A DNA stretch of 63,676 nucleotides, the filler included, from Choristocarpus tenellus KU-1152 (taxonomy: Eukaryota; Protista; Phaeophyceae): the NCBI GenBank assembly GCA_964200185.2. It is 7 parts of 7 records of this genome, joined end to end, with 100 filler letters (N's around TTAATTAATTAA, not from the genome) between each part and the next. Parts side by side here need not be neighbours in the genome. Positions count along the whole stretch, not along the records: positions 11,633 to 34,419 come from CAXNAD020000277.1; positions 34,520 to 37,568 come from CAXNAD020022696.1; positions 37,669 to 42,007 come from CAXNAD020015037.1; 4 more parts are not named here. One strand, written 5' to 3'. The translations under genes and the position numbers were made by a program. Position 1 is the stretch's first letter; the number at the start of each line of letters is the position of its first letter. The notes below the pieces were generated by a model. That model was not told the origin of the DNA. It did no database searches and saw only the letters and a program-made list of their open reading frames with translations. Shown in pieces: positions 28,201-40,600 of the stretch.

Positions 28201-28377
28201 AAACACAAGGGCCCTTGACCTTTTAGTCATGGTGTTTGTCATGATTCCTCCTCTATCTCGGCGCAAGGATGTATCCAGCGAGCTTTCAGGGGTGGGTGAA
28301 TCTGCGATGGGGAGATTTGCGTTCTCGTCCAGAAGGGGATGGTTGCGGGTTACTGCGTCCCGAGAAATATTGGACAT
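19263..28377 (-). CDS. Multi-exon orphan gene: disordered N-terminus, Q/H-rich tract, C-terminal coiled coils
   Basis: Approximate exons: 28377-27802, 27558-27468, 27093-26578, 26310-25965, 25717-25544, 25160-25032, 24792-24493, 24164-24104, 23588-23459, 21716-21324, 20571-20453, 20076-19973, 19520-19263. Splice signals and phases are consistent. Heptad-like segments: AELELLRAQIHLLKDQ, IESLKVELKAARKEIKTLK, YAELDREVARLSETLK, EMERLETELHKKE. Start codon uncertain. Confidence 0.72.
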
Positions 28378-30088
28378 ATCCAGTCAACCCCCACTCCACA
28401 AACCCAAGATAATATGTGTAGGGGTAGGGGCAGGGGTAGGGAGCACTGTCCCTCGGCAACAGAAGGGAAAGGTTGTCACTCAAAGGTCCCCAGACGATAT
28501 AACAGAATGGGCTGACCAAGCCTTTTGAGCATGGCGTTGTGACTGCATCTGCACATCCCATTGGAAGAGTAATCACTTCTGAGCCCTCTTCCTCACCAAG
28601 GATTATGTCCATACTCTTCATCCACCTCAAGCGAAGGGTCCGGTAACATTTCAAGGGACCCGAGTTTCAGAATTTTACCTCTCAAAATCATCTCAACAAC
28701 ATCATGACAAACAAGATACAACTTTGAAGAAATATAACTTGACAATTAGATCCCTGTACAACGAAAGCGGAAAAATCGATTATTCACAAGTGGTAAAAAC
28801 TAATGCATCTTGTTGAAAATACATTTGTGTTGTTTCTCAATATGTTTTATGGGAATTGACATATTGTACCACAATATTATATTTTTGTTTGTTTTGACAA
28901 TCGTATGGCGATGTTGTCATGGTTAGGCAACAACCTTTTCTGTTTTTTTACTATAATGAAGGTGTGTATACAACAGTACTACAACAGTACTGCAACTGAA
29001 ATGTTGTTGTGAAGTAGTCGGTGAAGTATGTAAGAGCTGACTCTTCAGTAAAACCCTTTTCTCTTGCTTAAAGAATAAAGCCTCCAAACCCTTTTAACAA
29101 CATCACAATTACTATAGGTTCCTGGTGGAGTTCGGGAAAACTAGTCAGTGAGGAGGTGGCGAAGAAATATGGCGATGGGGGTTTGTGATCACACATCACG
29201 AAAATCCAGAATCGAGTCAGGTCCCTTTGTTTCCAGTCGGAAGTATTGTATTTTCTTAGTGTTGTGAAACATGCATCACTTCAGCTCAAAATATGAACGG
29301 TCAATACCAATAATTAATTGAAAGTGTTGGTTGTTCTGAGGAAGATATTATCTCCGTCCAAAGAAAACTACTCTAGATTGTAGTAGGAGTATGGTTTCAG
29401 AGGGAAGGTGTTGAATGTTAGTTGATGTGTGAATTGGTTAATATTTTTGAAGTTTTGTTTGAGAGCGATTTAACAGGTGTTGTCAATCCAAATAAGGATA
29501 AGTTCAATCGGACCAACAAAATTGGATGTACTCCAATAAAATTTTTGTGCTTGGCAATGGGAACACAAAGTTCACAGGACTGCGAGGCAAAAGGCCATGT
29601 GTGTATACGAGAGGGACTCCAAAGGAGGCGAAGAGTTTTTTCGGGGTACTCTTCATTTGCGTGCACTTTCCCCACTACTACTAGATACACTTTGATATGT
29701 ATGATGTTTGAGAGACTTCTACATGTATGTTTTGAAGAAGAGAAAGGGGAGTTGTCTAAAAGACATCATGGAATGAGATATTTTGTATTCGACATTTGTT
29801 ACATCCTCTGTCTGTTTGTGGAGGTGGGTAGGTGCTGTGTGTGTGTAGCAGTCTTCAAGTGATACAAGGGATTGCACATTACTTGGGTCCAGCCGGTTCC
29901 GTTTTTAGGTCACAATATTCTCAGTTATGACATGCACTCTGAGTCTGCTTCTGTAGCAGAAATGACCAAAATGTGGCAAGTAAGTTTGGCCAAGCACGAA
30001 AATTTTGAGCTCCATTTTCGTCACCACTTAACTGAGCGTGTTGTTGTAAGTTCTATTGCCCCTATGAATAATTGGGACATGCTGGTTC

Positions 30089-30395
30089 TGTTACAGGCGA
30101 TATGTCTTGATGGCGGCTTCATAAATACCATTATGACATTGAAGTTCTAGATTTGATATATTTGTACTCCTTGATTATTTATTTATCATTTGGTCATTAT
30201 GGTCCCCGATTGTAATAAGACATCGTGAATCAGATCATTTTTATATGATGATATTGATGTTAATTCAAGTGAGAGATCCAGCATACCTGACGACTTGTGC
30301 ATCAGGAGTCCTATACGTACATCAGTATCATCTATAGGCACGTAGATTGGAGCTATACATCCTGTGGAGGTAAGCTTTGAGGGGCGCCTGTAACA
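30089..30395 (+). mobile_element. 307-bp TGT...ACA element (solo LTR or Ginger-like MITE)
   Basis: 11-bp TIR TGTTACAGGCG/CGCCTGTAACA; 4-bp TSD gttc/gttc; near-identical to 51429-51733. Confidence 0.88.
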
Positions 30396-31639
30396 GTTCC
30401 TCTATGTGCTATCCCTGACTCTGTGTTCCGTCCAATATCTCACCACCACCACAAGATGAATGCCCCACAAGCATTACAAGGAAAAGCTCTTGCGAACCCC
30501 TTGTGTGATTTATGTGAGGGCTACCCCGGCTCAAAATAGGCAGTATGTGGATGTGGTGTTGGTTCCACCACAGCACTATTTTTCTCTGCCTCCTGTATGT
30601 GCTCTGTGCTCCTCCTCTACAATGCCTAGAACTTCCAACCCCACTGCCTCCAAATGTCTTCGTGCTCATTCTCTTCTCTGGAATTCCGTAAAGAATTTTG
30701 GTTCTTGGATTCACAGAAAAGTAGCGGATCTGCTTCTGCTTAAAAACCTGCTGGGTTGCCTGTTCCCAACCTTGCTTGGAGTGGTGGGCAACAGCACTGT
30801 ACCAAGTGATTCACAAAAACAAATATCATTGCACTTGCGCAATAACATGCAGCATTTTGTGCTTTCAGGTGTTTGGGTGGTGACTTTGAAGTCACTGTAG
30901 GCCTTACTGCTTTCTCGAGCTCCACTCATACATAATAGAGAAATGAATGGGGATAGAGGCACTGTCATCACATGTGGAGTGTATGTCATCTTCAGGCGTC
31001 TTCTGTGCTTCTATAACGGGGTCAAGTAACATTGTTACGGACCCCTTGCCTGAGTAGAGCAAAAGGGCCAGATCAAAAGAGGCGAGAGAGGAGATGGAAG
31101 GATGGGGAAGAAAGGTTAGAGATTAGAGAGAGAGACGGCATAAAATAGAGGGGTCACAAAAAAAAACAAATGACATAGCAAAATTGGTGAACTTGACGCA
31201 ACTTTAAATGTGAAGGAGGAAGGAATGGGGTGTTGAGATATGTCAATAGGGGCGTGGTTCACTCAGGGAAGGGTGGGGAAGAGAATCACCAGGCAAGATG
31301 GACCAAACGGACCAAGACGAACCGTAGCCAAGAGGACGAGGTTAAGGTTAGACAAGGGTAAGAATGAAAGGACCTGTAGGAACAAGTAGGAAACTGAGGA
31401 AGTGGGGGCGGGTCATGATTCGAGAGGGTTTCAGAGAAGAAATCCTTCAGAGATGGAAGATCCGCCTTCGGAAAAACATACTCATAAAGAGACGTTCAGG
31501 AAAGACACGGAAAATCTATCCCTCCGAATACCCTCCACACATTTGACCCGAAGTTCTCAGGAAACAACCTCAATTGGAATAACGGTATATGCATAGTAGT
31601 AAACTAACAAATAGATAAGTGTTTTCCACATCTGTGACA

Positions 31640-32417
31640 AATTTTAAACCCTTGGGGATTTTTCTGATATGTGAATAGGTTTTCCTTGGTTTTTCCTGAT
31701 ACATCTGGAAAAAGTTCATTTGTTTCCCCCCTGACACATCTGTAAAATGTCAGAGGGCATAATAATATAGACAGTAGTTATCTGACATGTGAATTATTTT
31801 CATTGATTATCCCCCTAACACCTCTACAAAATGTCAGAGGGCATAAGAATAAAAATACACAGTAGTTATAACCTCAACACCGTCGCGGTGGGAAGTTTTG
31901 GGCACCTCGGTAAGCAAGCGGAGAGTTTCCTGGATGAGCTACCTACGCACGTGGTAGGAGGGAGAGGAACGAGACTCTACGGGAGGAAAGGGGCGGTCAA
32001 ATCCCGTCTACGACAAATAGTCTCTGTAAAGACGCAAGTGGCCCTGTCTAGACATATCATGCATTTTAAGCTGGAGACATCAGGGAGATAGGCAAGGAGG
32101 GGCTTGTTAGATTCTAGGGATGCTTCCCTACCTACTCGGGATTATGCTAGGTTGGAGGCACAGGAAAACAGTGGTACAGCATAGCTGATAGTAAAATAGT
32201 ACTATAAAGATAAATATTTTTAACATTTATGACAACTGTTACTTTTTAGGGATATTTCTGACATGTGAATAGTTTTTTCATTGTTTTTTTCCTGACACCT
32301 CTGCAAAATGTTAGAGGGCATAATATATAAAAAATAGACAAACCTGCTTTCCACTTTTTCCCCCCACATTTTCATTGTTTTTTTCCCTGACACATCTGGA
32401 AAATGTCGGAGGGTAAA
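31640..32417 (+). mobile_element. Head-to-tail stack of 5'-truncated 3' ends of an RLE non-LTR retrotransposon (CRE-like)
   Basis: The terminus ctgacacatctg.aaaatgtcagagggcataa ends at ~31762, 31846, 32323 and 32417. The longest copy (~31863-32323) encodes SYNLNTVAVGSFGHLGKQAESFLDEL...RLRQIVSVKTQVALSR. Confidence 0.75.
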
Positions 32418-32632
32418 ATAACTTAAATATAAATTACAGCACTTTCCGAGGTTGCATATGACTTTGTAAGTGTAATTTCAATGTTTTTTATCATAGAATT
32501 TGTGGGAGGGAAGAGGGTTGTAACCCTCGATTCGGGGATCATAACATAACTTTCTGTGTGCCACGGATCAGTGTTCTGCCACATATTGCCCCTGTTACTG
32601 GGATTGCCTCTTCATTAATTTATATTCAAGTT

Positions 32633-33708
32633 ATTGTGCCCACTGACATTTTGCAGATGTGTCAGGGGAAAAAACAGTGAAAACTATTCCCATGTCAGAA
32701 AAATCCCCCAAAAAGTAACAGTTAGTTATCGTAAAATGTGAAGATATTAATCTATTTACTATTTTACTACCAGCTATCCTGCACCGTTGCCTTCCTGTGC
32801 CTCCAACCTAGCTTAGTCCTGCACCCCAGGGTGAGTAGGTAGGGAAGCATCCCAAGAATCTAGCAAGCCCTTCTTTGCCCATCTCCCTCTGATGTCTCCA
32901 GCTTAAACGAATGACACGTCTAGATAGGACTATTTGCGATGTGACAGAGACTATCTGTCGTAGACGGGAATTGACTGCCCCTTTTCTGCTATAGCCTCCT
33001 GTCCCTCTCCCCCCTACCACGTGCATACCTAACTCATCCAGAAACTTTCGACTTGCTTACCGAGGTGCTCAAAACTTTCCACCGTGAAGGTGTCGAGGTT
33101 ATAACTATGAGAGCCAAAAGATCCCTCGTAGTGGGTGCACTTTCGTGCCTCAGCTGCAGCAGCAGCTACACCATTGCTGGTGGATGAGTGGGGAAGGTGG
33201 GATGTTTCTTGCACTTCTGCAAACATAACATCTAAGAGGAGGACTTTGTCTTGGTAGGGGGCTGATTTGGCGTACACAAGTGCCCCAGCATGGAAGACTA
33301 GATCCATCAGGAAATTCCTATCTACTGTAAAGAGTGAAAGTATCTTAGAGGGTACGAGATTTGCCCTGTTTGTCCTTTTGGGGCTTGGCTCCCAATGGAT
33401 TTTTTATGACATTTTCCTGCTCCAAAATATTTTCCGAGTAGTTAAAATGTATGTATGTGTTGTGAAAAGGTGTGTTCGGAACAAGGATATTGACACTTTC
33501 CTAACAAATACGATAGCTAAAATTACATCAAGTTGCAACATTGGATTTTTACCCCCAAATGGACGCGGCTCTACCCTCTAAGATACTTTGGCTCTAAATG
33601 GGCTACCATCCTCCATAGTGCAAGGGATGCCCATTCCTTTGCAAAGTTGACCCAGACTTTTCACCATCAGTGTGTGTTGGCAAATCTGTCCTCCTGCCCT
33701 AGGGCAGG
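32633..33708 (-). mobile_element. Decayed RLE non-LTR retrotransposon C-terminus (end of zinc knuckle plus PD-(D/E)xK-like endonuclease) and 3' UTR
   Basis: CPRAGGQICQH...EDGSPF[MITE]TVDRNFLMDLVF...LLLDVMFAE...AAAAEARKCTHYEG...TFTVESFEHLGKQ fits the RLE layout (RxD...DV...E..K...Y...E..G) of CRE/R2-group elements. It is an inverted homolog of 31863-32323. Confidence 0.75.
33332..33594. mobile_element. MITE family 1 nested in the RLE ORF
   Basis: gagtgaaagtatcttagagggta...taccctctaagatactttggctc; flanks taaa/taaa. Confidence 0.9.
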
Positions 33709-34172
33709 TGTTACAGTGCGCCCCCGAACTCACCTCCACAGGATATGCAACTCAAATCCAACGACCTTAAAACGACGCTATGCAGGGGTCCACAGATGAT
33801 GACCATGTATGGTGTCAGTTGATGTTTAGCTCAGTCAATGTCTTGCTTTTCACTTTATCAAAAGAGGGTAAGAATCAAAGAACTGAGTCGTGTGGTCAGC
33901 AACTCAGTCCTTTATTAACATCATTCACGGTTTTTCTACAGCCAAAGAGTTAAATGACGTCTGCAAACTGCTGTGTAATTACTCCAATCATAAATCTTTA
34001 TTCTGCAACTTTCAGGAATTGAAGTCTATTCTGTAAGGTTATTTATGTATTTCCAATTCTACTCTGCATCTTCTATCAATTCAAAGTTCCTCTTACATGA
34101 ATTCTTATGTATGTATACTGTTCACGCATTTTGACACGCAGAAAGAAATGCTCTCGCTATTTGCCTGTAACA
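33709..34172 (-). mobile_element. Longer, diverged relative of the TGT...ACA family
   Basis: Starts tgttacagtgcgcccccgaactcacctccacaggat, which resembles the reverse complement of the 30395 end; ends gcctgtaaca; no clear TSD. Confidence 0.65.
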
Positions 34173-34519
34173 TGCCCCCCAGCGTGAACTAGCAATACAT
34201 GTTTCATGCTTACCATAGACGATTGTCACCGGTGAAGGTAATAGATATCTTCAATCACCTCAGATCTTCCTGGGGCAACGAGAAAGAAAGAAGAAAAAAA
34301 CTGACTCCTACTAGGCCCAAAACATGTATCCTTATCAACTTGGAGAGATCTGTCTTGCATCTAGCCTAATCGGAGTATACATTTACTCTTTCTAAAGTAC
34401 AGCTAACCCAAGGAGCCAANNNNNNNNNNNNNNNNNNNNNNNNNNNNNNNNNNNNNNNNNNNNTTAATTAATTAANNNNNNNNNNNNNNNNNNNNNNNNN
34501 NNNNNNNNNNNNNNNNNNN

Positions 34520-36305
34520 GTGGGGGTGCAGTGGTGTACAATCAAAGCGATCGCTCCATAAACGGAGGTGGAGGGGGGGGTGATGAGACATACCGAAAGG
34601 GGCCTTTGACGTCTTCTACGACACCACGAGTTATTAACCGTGTTGGACTAGAATGCCTGAGCCCGATTAAAATCGGGCGTACAGACACTATGGCATCAGC
34701 TGGTGAGTATCCTGCCAAAGGCATTGCGTGACGTACTGAGACAATGTCTTCGGAATACTTAGTATCAATGTGTTCTTAGGACTGCTGTTTCAATCCTCGT
34801 CTTTTTGAGGTTTCAAGGATAGAAATAGAGTCGGAACTACTATACGATGAACTTTGATCCCGTTTTACACGTGCGGACTCTGGATAGGATGGGGTCAGCC
34901 TCGACTTGCTCTTGAGCTGTAACATTTTGGAAGAATCACTTCCGTATACCCCTAACCAGAAAAGAAATACCCCTAGGGCGTGTCTGTTCATCTACCCACT
35001 TCGATCCAGTCCCATGTCATCATAATCACATATGCCATACAAGTAAATATCCCATCTATGTGAAGCGGACTGCACTCACCAACTCCCCCCCCCTGTGTCC
35101 TGATGGCTGTTGCTCCCCAATGTGCTTGCAGCGGCAACCCCTTTGCACAGTGCTATGAGTGCAAGATCTAATGCGACGTCAGCAGCACACTATCAGCGTG
35201 ATGAAATGCTAACTCCTTCTCCACCGCCAAACTGGTTAGAATACATGCGACAGCAGAGTTTGCCTTGGAACGAGAGGGGAGATACTGAATTCAAGGATGA
35301 GCTCGAAAAGGTTTGTACATAATGTAGATTACAAAATGTAGATAGAAAGATTTGTCTGGGTTTGATGTCGTGGTGTGCTAAGAATCCAGAGAAAGTATTT
35401 ACTGCATGTTGAAGGGTGTCAGGGAGTGTGGTGTAGCATGGCAAGGGTACAATCTTCCCATTTTCCCTTCCAAGGTTGACTTTGAAAGCAGTGTTATTTG
35501 TGACTATTTTGTATTTTGTGTCCTGCCAAAATGTTAAAACCAAATACTGTGAAGTTGAGGAAGTTACTTTTTTTTTGCTAGTTCAGGGCACCTTTCACAG
35601 GACATAGTTGAAATTTTTACCTTGGACTTCTCCCTCTGTTCTTTACTGCGATAAATGTGTGCTGTCTCATTTGCATCATGTGTGCCTATTGGACTTTTAA
35701 AGAATGATTGCAATTTCACAATGTACATTATATGCAGTGCCATGGCAAGCCTATGGTACAAATGATCTTCCCCACACTCAACCACTGCAGAGTGATCCAC
35801 CTGATCATTGACTTGAGCCCTCCTCCCACCCCCCCAGTATCCAATGGAATCCCTGATGACCGTTTTGTATCTGCTTCATTTTCCCCCTACTTGATGTACA
35901 CTTTATTTCATTGACATCCCTTATCGATAGAGGCGTTACCATTCTCCAGAGAACTTCATTTCCTCCCACAGTTGTTTTGTACATATTGGTGCTATAACAC
36001 TGTTTTTTACAGTTACCCATATGTATTTAGGGTTCTGTTTGCTCACTGTGTCCCTTACAACATCAATCCTTTAAAAAATAGGGAAAAACATCCTTGTGTG
36101 TCTACTATTATTGTATTATTGCATAGGTCACAGTCGTACCATGCACACCTCTCATCCAAACTTATCACCCATGGTACAAAAATAGGTAACCAAATGTGAC
36201 TATCCGTACCTAACCTCACCCCTCCGATCACTGTCTCATCGCACCATCAATCAACACTCCTGGCAACAGCATTCCTCGGGAGGTGTACATAGTGTACATA
36301 TTTTA

Positions 36306-36345
<40 letters not shown>

Positions 36346-36852
36346 CCAAATATTCTTTTTTTTTGTATGATTTTAGTTCGTTTGTTTACAGACTGTTAAA
36401 TGATGATGCGGTGAAAGCAGTAAGTGTAAGCACTTACTAAAATTGTAATGATAAATATAATAGAAGTTTTTTGCCAGCTTTATAGCTTGACCCTCAACTA
36501 AATCGACAATGGTATGATGGACTTAGCTTTGTTCTTTCAGTGACGTACCTCACATTGCCATACCGGACCAATCCTTCCATGTTTAGTAAGTGGAGTAGTG
36601 TTGGGGATGAGTCAATGAAGCTCCCAAGGCATGGAGACATTGCTGATGATCCTGTTTTGTCACTGAGCTCAAGCTCATGCTGACATCCCTTCCTCCATGT
36701 GTTTCACATACATGATGCTCTTCCTGCAGGAGGGCCGTCCCTTGTCGGGGACTGTGGCAGGGAGCATCTTGCCATCGAGTGATGTGGAGGAGGGGGAAGG
36801 GGAAATGGGAGAGGGGTGGGTGGATGTCCGTCCGAAACGGCATCTCAACTAC
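34520..36852 (+). CDS. Fragment of an uncharacterised multi-exon gene
   Basis: Phase-consistent candidate exons <34520-34702 (G|GTGAGT), 35132-35310 (AAG|GTTTGT) and 36730-~36852; no recognisable domain. Confidence 0.45.
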
Positions 36853-36989
36853 GTGACAGTTACGCTAACACACATTCTGATTGGATTAGCCCTGGGGGTT
36901 AGAGGCTATGACATCATTCGGGACACCCTTGCAGACAGGCAAGAGGAGTCAATGGTGGGGGGGAGGGGAATGAGATGGGGTGGAACTCT

Positions 36990-37230
36990 GAGACTGTGAA
37001 GAGGTGAAATGTGACTAATTTATTTATCGTCGTTGAAAAAAATTGCTTTTTTTTTGTGTGTCTATTGAAGCTGTGCCTGGTGTTGTGCTTTTTGCAGACA
37101 TGGCCTGGAACTTCGGGACTGTGAAGGGGTGAAATGTGAATAATTTATTTACCGTCGTTTAAGAAATTGCTTTTTTTTGTGTCTATTGAAGCTGTGCCTG
37201 TTGGTGTGTGCTTTTTTGGAGGCATGGCCT
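36990..37230. repeat. Tandem duplication, ~125-bp unit x2
   Basis: gactgtgaag.ggtgaaatgtga.taatttattta...ctattgaagctgtgcctg...catggcct occurs twice. Confidence 0.85.
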
Positions 37231-37668
37231 TTTTTTTTTTTCTGGTATATGTGTCTGTTTGGTGGGATTTTTTTCTGTTTCGGTTCTTGATTTCCTAGGT
37301 CCGATAATGGAGACTTTTTTTTGGTATGGCTACGCTGTTTGCAAGATTCAGTTTTTCCTTACAGCTTTTCTGTCTTCCCCTCCCCACCTTGTTTTCACAA
37401 CATTCTCAAAAATAAAAAAAAGTATTCCCGTTCTCTCTTCGTCAATGTTGCTACCGCCCGAGGGGGATATGCAGGATCGTGGTATCGAGAAACAAACATC
37501 TGAGGGGGGGGGGGGGGGGGGGGGGGGGGATATAAATAATTCCTTAAATAAAAAAAAAAAAAAATCGGNNNNNNNNNNNNNNNNNNNNNNNNNNNNNNNN
37601 NNNNNNNNNNNNTTAATTAATTAANNNNNNNNNNNNNNNNNNNNNNNNNNNNNNNNNNNNNNNNNNNN

Positions 37669-40600
37669 CATGCCAGAGCCGGGAGGTGGAGAGGGGAACT
37701 CGGCAGGGGGGGGTGGGGCAGGAGCAGGATATGATGGTGATGTCGCAAGGGGAACGGTAAGTGTGAGGGACGAGGATGTTAGAAATATGGAGTTGTCCCT
37801 TTTTGAGTGAAAGTTGCTGTAGAACCTTAAGTCTCTTTTGTAGGATTGGTGATCCCATGGTCTAACCCCGTCCATCTACATTTTTTTTTCTTGTGTGCAG
37901 GATGGATGGTATCGATTTGACGACGAGGATGTTACGCCGTTCAACCCGGAACATATAGAGACGCAGTGCTTTGGTGGTACCATGGTCACTACCCAGGTGC
38001 ACCTATACCTATGTTTGTATTTACAGGGGCTTCTGTGGTGATACAAAAGAGCAGGGCTGCACACTTGGCTGTGCAGTTAATATGGTCGTGGGCCTGCATG
38101 CAGACTGGCCTGTTGGAGCATCTGATGATCCTTGACTGCCGAAGTGCCCTAAGTTCAAGTGTGAACATTTTTTGAGAAGGAAACCAGAGGCCTTTCATCA
38201 AGCCGGTCGATTAACATAGCCACATTCATGGTCATGAATGCTAGCCCCCACCAATGGGGCAGTCAGTAGATCTATCTGCATACTTCCAAAGATATATCGC
38301 TCGCATGACACAACTTGACCTTTTAGTGTTAAAACACTACAATGCATTGTCTAGACATCAGATGCCACTGACTGAGTTGGCTAAAGTGTTTGCCAAACAA
38401 GGGCTGTTAGAGAGCAAATGGTCCCTGAGTGTTAACCCAAAGTGCTCATGGATACCAGTCATTGAACAGTTAGCACTCTTTCCTGTATCAGTTATGAGAG
38501 CATTTGGTGTGAGGTTGTTAAATCTGGTTGATGCATTGTCCATGCTACTCCTATTGCCTGGACTAGGAAGTCATGAAAAGAGCCCTGGCTCCTATGCTAG
38601 ACCTTGTGCTGATGCAACAGTTGAAATGTGTGCTTCCTACCTCTGCTGATGCGACTGCAATTATGCCCCTGATTCATATCATCAGCTAACCACTATGACA
38701 CCATTGTTACAACCTGAAGGTGTGGAACGGCGTGACAAGCTCTATGGAATCAGAACGTGTGGCAAACGCCCTCCTGCTCTTCTATGAAAAGGTTCGCCCA
38801 CTGGAGTTTGAGGAAGATGGGGAAGGCGATGCTAATGCCAATGTGGTCAAGCACAGTCAGGATACAGTGTACCCTGCTGAGACTGGTGCTGACGGTGGTA
38901 ATAGCCCTGTGGCCACTGATGGTATGTCAATGTCAACTACCTCTAGCAGCAAAGTTCAAGGTGAAGGGGTTGAAATGGAGTTGGGCATCTGTGAGGAAAA
39001 GCCATCTGAAGATGGTGTTGGAGGGGATAGTGGAAAAGCCACGGTTGTAACTGGGGTTGGGGCTGGGGCTGGGAGTGGTAAAGAACAGGTGGTGGACGGG
39101 GTGGAGGCATTTTCTGAGGAGGTTTGGCAGGCCAATGTGCAGCTGATGCTTCACAGCTATGTGTTTGACACAGAGTTCCACACATTTCTCAGGCGAGATT
39201 TAGTGTTGAATGGTTTTTGTGAAAAATTGGTGCTACTAAAGTGGCACACCAAGTTGAAGAATCACTTGAGGAGAAGAGGGGTAGAGGGAGAGTAAAACAT
39301 GTCCACCCAGGGCACTTCACATATGTTGTGTTTGACTTCACCCCCCCCAATTACGTCCAGCACCACTCAAGGTGTGATGATTAGCTCTTTTTCCCCCATG
39401 GTTGGTCACTATTTGACATTATTGATATTTTCCAGGGATTTATCCAAAGGAGTTTCGTGGTCCTGTGCCAAGACGCTAGATATTTTCTGCATGATCGTTG
39501 ATATCTGCTGCTGTTGAATTTTCCTTCTTTTTTTTTCATCTCTACAACCTTTTTGCTGTGTTGGTCTTTCTTTTTCCAATGCAGAGAGATTTTGTGTGCT
39601 ACTGTTAGTGTATGCACTGGTGGGGGAGGTGCGCCTGCAATGAACCAGCTCCAACATCCTGTGAATGAGTGGGGACAGGTGATATTTTGAGGGGCTGTAT
39701 TGGGAGGGATGGGAAGAAGGCGATAGGTTGGCATTGATATCGGCACCTGCTAGTAGGACAAATGTTAGTGCTATGTGTGACTAGGGTTAGGGTTACTGGA
39801 GTTTGTGGAACCTCGTAAGTTTGCCAATAGCCAGTGAATTGTGTTTTGGAAAAGAGTCTGTGGACCACTGTCTCACCTGTCATGGTCAGAAGATGATAAA
39901 GTAGGCTGGACAAGTCAGAACAACTTCTATTTTTTTTTTAGTTTTGTTCCACGGGTTCACATCTGTAGGGTATCATGAAATGTGTATGTCCATGATATGC
40001 ACACTATTGTCATGCCCAGGTCAATGAAACGCAGTAGTGTAAGGTGGTTGTTGGGGATATGCCACTGGTTCTGAGCTTTGGAAATAGTCTTTAGCTGCCT
40101 AGAGTCACTAGGACAAGATTAGTATGAGCTTTTGGGTTGTGTGTGTCCCAACCTGAGACTCTTTGGTGCACCTACTTGTGCACCTGTTCAGACACCCGCA
40201 GAGCAGGAGCTGATAACAAGGGTGCTGAAGATGGGGGCAACACAGTTGCTGGACGTGATCCTGCACAGCAGGGAGCGACGCGATGTGAAGGCCTGGCAGG
40301 CATTGCTATCGTTGGCCCTGAGCTCAAGTGATGAAATATGCAGGTAGAGGTGGTGGTGCTATGGAATATGAAGAATGATCTTTGAATGGTCTTGAGATAG
40401 GGGGGAATGTGCAATGGGGAGGGTTGAAAGGTGACAGTGGTAAGTCCACGTTATTCCAAGCACTACAACCTTTCCTTGAAGGCTTTGCTAAGAGTACCAG
40501 CATAGCATAAAGCCCATACATCATGCCCTTAGTGGAGCAAAGTCATCATCAAATATTCATCAGCGTCTCCATGTACACCCTCCCCCACACCGTTTTCTTT

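Noticed and set aside
31033-32546. Possible LTR bounded by tgttacggacccc...ggggatcataaca
   Set aside because: Imperfect ends, no TSD and no second copy in the window.
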